From NCBI GenBank assembly GCA_964016885.1, contig OZ024741.1, positions 183,024,001-183,088,000 of the forward strand: a stretch of 64,000 nucleotides of DNA, in the 5' to 3' direction. The notes beneath the pieces were generated by a model, which saw only the letters and a list, made by a program, of their open reading frames with translations, was not told where the DNA came from and made no database searches. The translations under genes were made by a program, and so were the position numbers. The DNA is from Eledone cirrhosa (taxonomy: Eukaryota). Within the stretch, counting starts at the first letter, position 1, and every line of letters starts with the position of its first letter. Positions 61,458 through 64,000 of the stretch are shown here, one piece after another.

Positions 61458-61919
61458 AATATGGTTTTATAAATATAGTTTCCATTTATTTAATATCATG
61501 GTACATATATATATATATATATGTATATATTCATATGACATTGATTGATGGGAGAATAAGTACTCAATATCAAAGTAGTGTTTAAATATTCTTTATTATG
61601 GATCATCAGACAAGAGAAATAAACAGATATAGGATAGATCAATAGATGGAACTGTGTAACAGAATCACACAATAGTAAATTGAATCACTGTTGATTTGCA
61701 GCTATGTTGTGGGTTTATTTGTTGATATCAAATGGCAATTTAGCATTAAGAGTTAATTTATCAATTTGTAATATTTTTGCTGAATAAACAAAAGGATCCA
61801 ATAAATTTTTGCATGACATGAAATTTAAAATTACCCTAGATGTACGATATGTTTTTATAATTTACATTTTTGCATCAAATGATATATATATTTTTTTATA
61901 TATGTATTAACACCTGATA

Positions 61920-62838
61920 TAACAAAGAAAAAACACAGTCCATGCTGTAATGTGGACATGTAGGTAACACGGTAAAAAGCTCGCAGTTCACACTGTAAAT
62001 GTGGTTGGTGTTAGGAAGGGCATCCAACCGTAGAAAACCTGCCAGATAGTCCTATACAAGCGAGACACGGTCACCCGACCAATCTTGCCTCAAATGGGAC
62101 AATTCCCGTCTAACCCATGCTAGCGTGGAAGATGGACGTTAAACAATGATGATGATGATGATGATATATATATACACATGGCAAACAGAAATAACAAAGA
62201 AAATTACACAATACAATGAAGAAATATATTATAAGTTTTACGCTTGATATTGTAGGAAAAGAGTCTTAACGTTTCAGATGCTAATCCTCGTTAGATTCCT
62301 ACAGTGGATCTTCACCATGGAAATGGATTTTTACCCGGACTCTAGTTGAACTTTCACTTGGATATCTTTTCAGATCTCTGGATTTTCTTATAGTTTAAGC
62401 CTACAGTCAGCAGGCACCTCTTAACCCAATATATACCCCACCCCACACACCCTACCTCATCCTCCCATTTCCGTCCACTGTAAAGTGGTCACGTCAGTGA
62501 CACAACAAAAAGCACCCAGTCCACACTGTAAAGTGGTCACGTCAGTGACACAACAAAAAGCACCCAGTCCACACTGTAAAGTGGTCACGTCAGTGACACA
62601 ACAAAAAGCACCCAGTCCACACTGTAAAGTAGTCATGTAGTAGACACGGTAAAAAAGGCTCCCAGTCCACACTGTAAATATGGTTAGTGTTAGGAAGGGC
62701 ATCCAGCCGTAGAAAACCTGCCAGGGACAGTTCTGTAGGAGCGAGACACAGTCTCCTGACCAATCCTGCATCAAGTGGAACAAAACCATCTAACCCATGC
62801 TAGCGTGGAAGATGGACGTTAAACAATGATGATGATGA
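61920..62838 (+). mobile_element. Two RTE 3'-UTR fragments, the second with a 47-bp tandem triplication (about 62473-62630)
   Basis: Match 36560-36927; (TGA)n tails. Confidence 0.75.
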
Positions 62839-63748
62839 TATATATATATATAAAACTAGCACTAACATAGCATGGTTCATAATGGAGGTATATATGAAAG
62901 CATATATGATATGTTTATATATAATTGTTTCTACTTTTGGCACAAGGCCAGCAATTACCCAGTGCATTACTGGTACTTTATTTTATCGACCCAGTAACTG
63001 GTGAGAATGCCAAACAACTGTTTCTGGATTTTTATCCTTCATTGGTGACATTTACTCACTTGATATTAAGATGAGAATAAGCTAAAACTCATATGCTTTT
63101 TTTGCATATGAAACATCAGCTGGGGGTGGCCATTTGCATATAGTGCAAACTTGACTGGTTTGGTACTTTATTTTATTCCCCTTGAAAAGATGAAAGGCAA
63201 AGTTGATATCAGCAAGATTTAAAATGAGAATGCAAGGACCTGGAACAAATACTGCAACACATTTCATCTGATCTTCTAACAATTTCTGCAAATTGTTGCC
63301 CTATCAGGGACTACAATATTTAAGATGGTAGGGTGTCATCTGAGGGAAGTTTGAATACTATTTCTAGCTAATCATCAATTAAGGGTTTGTATTTTGCCAT
63401 AGGTTTGTTACAATTGCTATTTAGCCTGGTGGTCAATCTGACCTCTAATCAAAGAGTTTCCAGCTGTTTCATCATGTCTTTTATTAATCAGACATAGTTT
63501 ATCTCAGAATACATTATCACTTATGTTACTCAACCTCCTACAGTAGATATGAATGTATTTCAAGCAGGATTAGCAGATCTTAACTGTAGCAACTTTAATC
63601 TCCATGCTGTGTTGCCATGGCAGGATTACATTAAATTTTATACTGGATCAGCTTTGTAATTCAACTTTTTATCTTGAAATAGCAATGTTGTCTTCATAGA
63701 CAAAATAAAACATATTGTCCTAAGATTAAGGACTTAACACATCATACA

Positions 63749-63962
63749 TTAACACTTTAGCATTTACATTACTGTGTATATACTATTATATCTTCATGGT
63801 AAAGGCTTTATCTTACATAGTTATCTCACATAATATCAAATCTATGATATTTTGATATTATTTATTTTGAGAACAATACCTTAACATCAGTATGAACAGC
63901 CAGTTACAGCTAGGTGAGAGAATTCTGGCCAGATATGGCCGGTTTAAATGCTAAAGGGTTAA
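63749..63962. mobile_element. piggyBac-type MITE, same family as 11056-11273
   Basis: ttaa-cactttag...ctaaaggg-ttaa. Confidence 0.75.
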
Positions 63963-64000
63963 GGCAGTGACTGGGCTGAGTTATAAGGGCATCAACTTAA

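Larger units (their letters stand above)
58980..61502. mobile_element. Truncated second-family PLE with inverted termini, containing a nested group 1 SINE at 60890-61070
   Basis: 58980-59138 is the reverse complement of 61345-61502, and 59139-59385 of about 59737-59957; GIY-YIG remnant between. Confidence 0.8.

Noticed and set aside
62255-62300. Hammerhead-like motif on the minus strand (CTAACGA-ggat tagc atct-GAAACG)
   Set aside because: Core G5 is mutated and stems I and III are not convincing.

Overview
AT-rich, repeat-saturated animal genomic DNA. The SINE families and (TA)n load suggest a mollusc, probably a cephalopod; this is inference. No complete host gene is recognisable. The window holds: several RTE-clade LINE copies; one full-length Tx1/L1-clade LINE inside an (AAT)n tract; a young Penelope-like element (PLE; RT plus C-terminal GIY-YIG) with a 2.37-kb near-perfect inverted duplication; a second truncated PLE; two tRNA-derived SINE groups; TTAA-flanked MITEs; and a 3.3-kb 28-bp minisatellite built from SINE pieces. 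Reading both strands by hand shows about 17 type-I hammerhead ribozyme (HHR) motifs from about 9 sequence families, nearly all in short tandem or fold-back cassettes embedded in microsatellites. One family has a non-canonical core (CAGAAGA). It brackets in inverted orientation a ~4-kb block with a three-exon SGNH/GDSL esterase gene (55- and 57-nt introns) and a convergent BTB-BACK-like ORF, a candidate ribozyme-flanked cargo-carrying mobile unit. All calls are by eye; no searches or folding programs were run.
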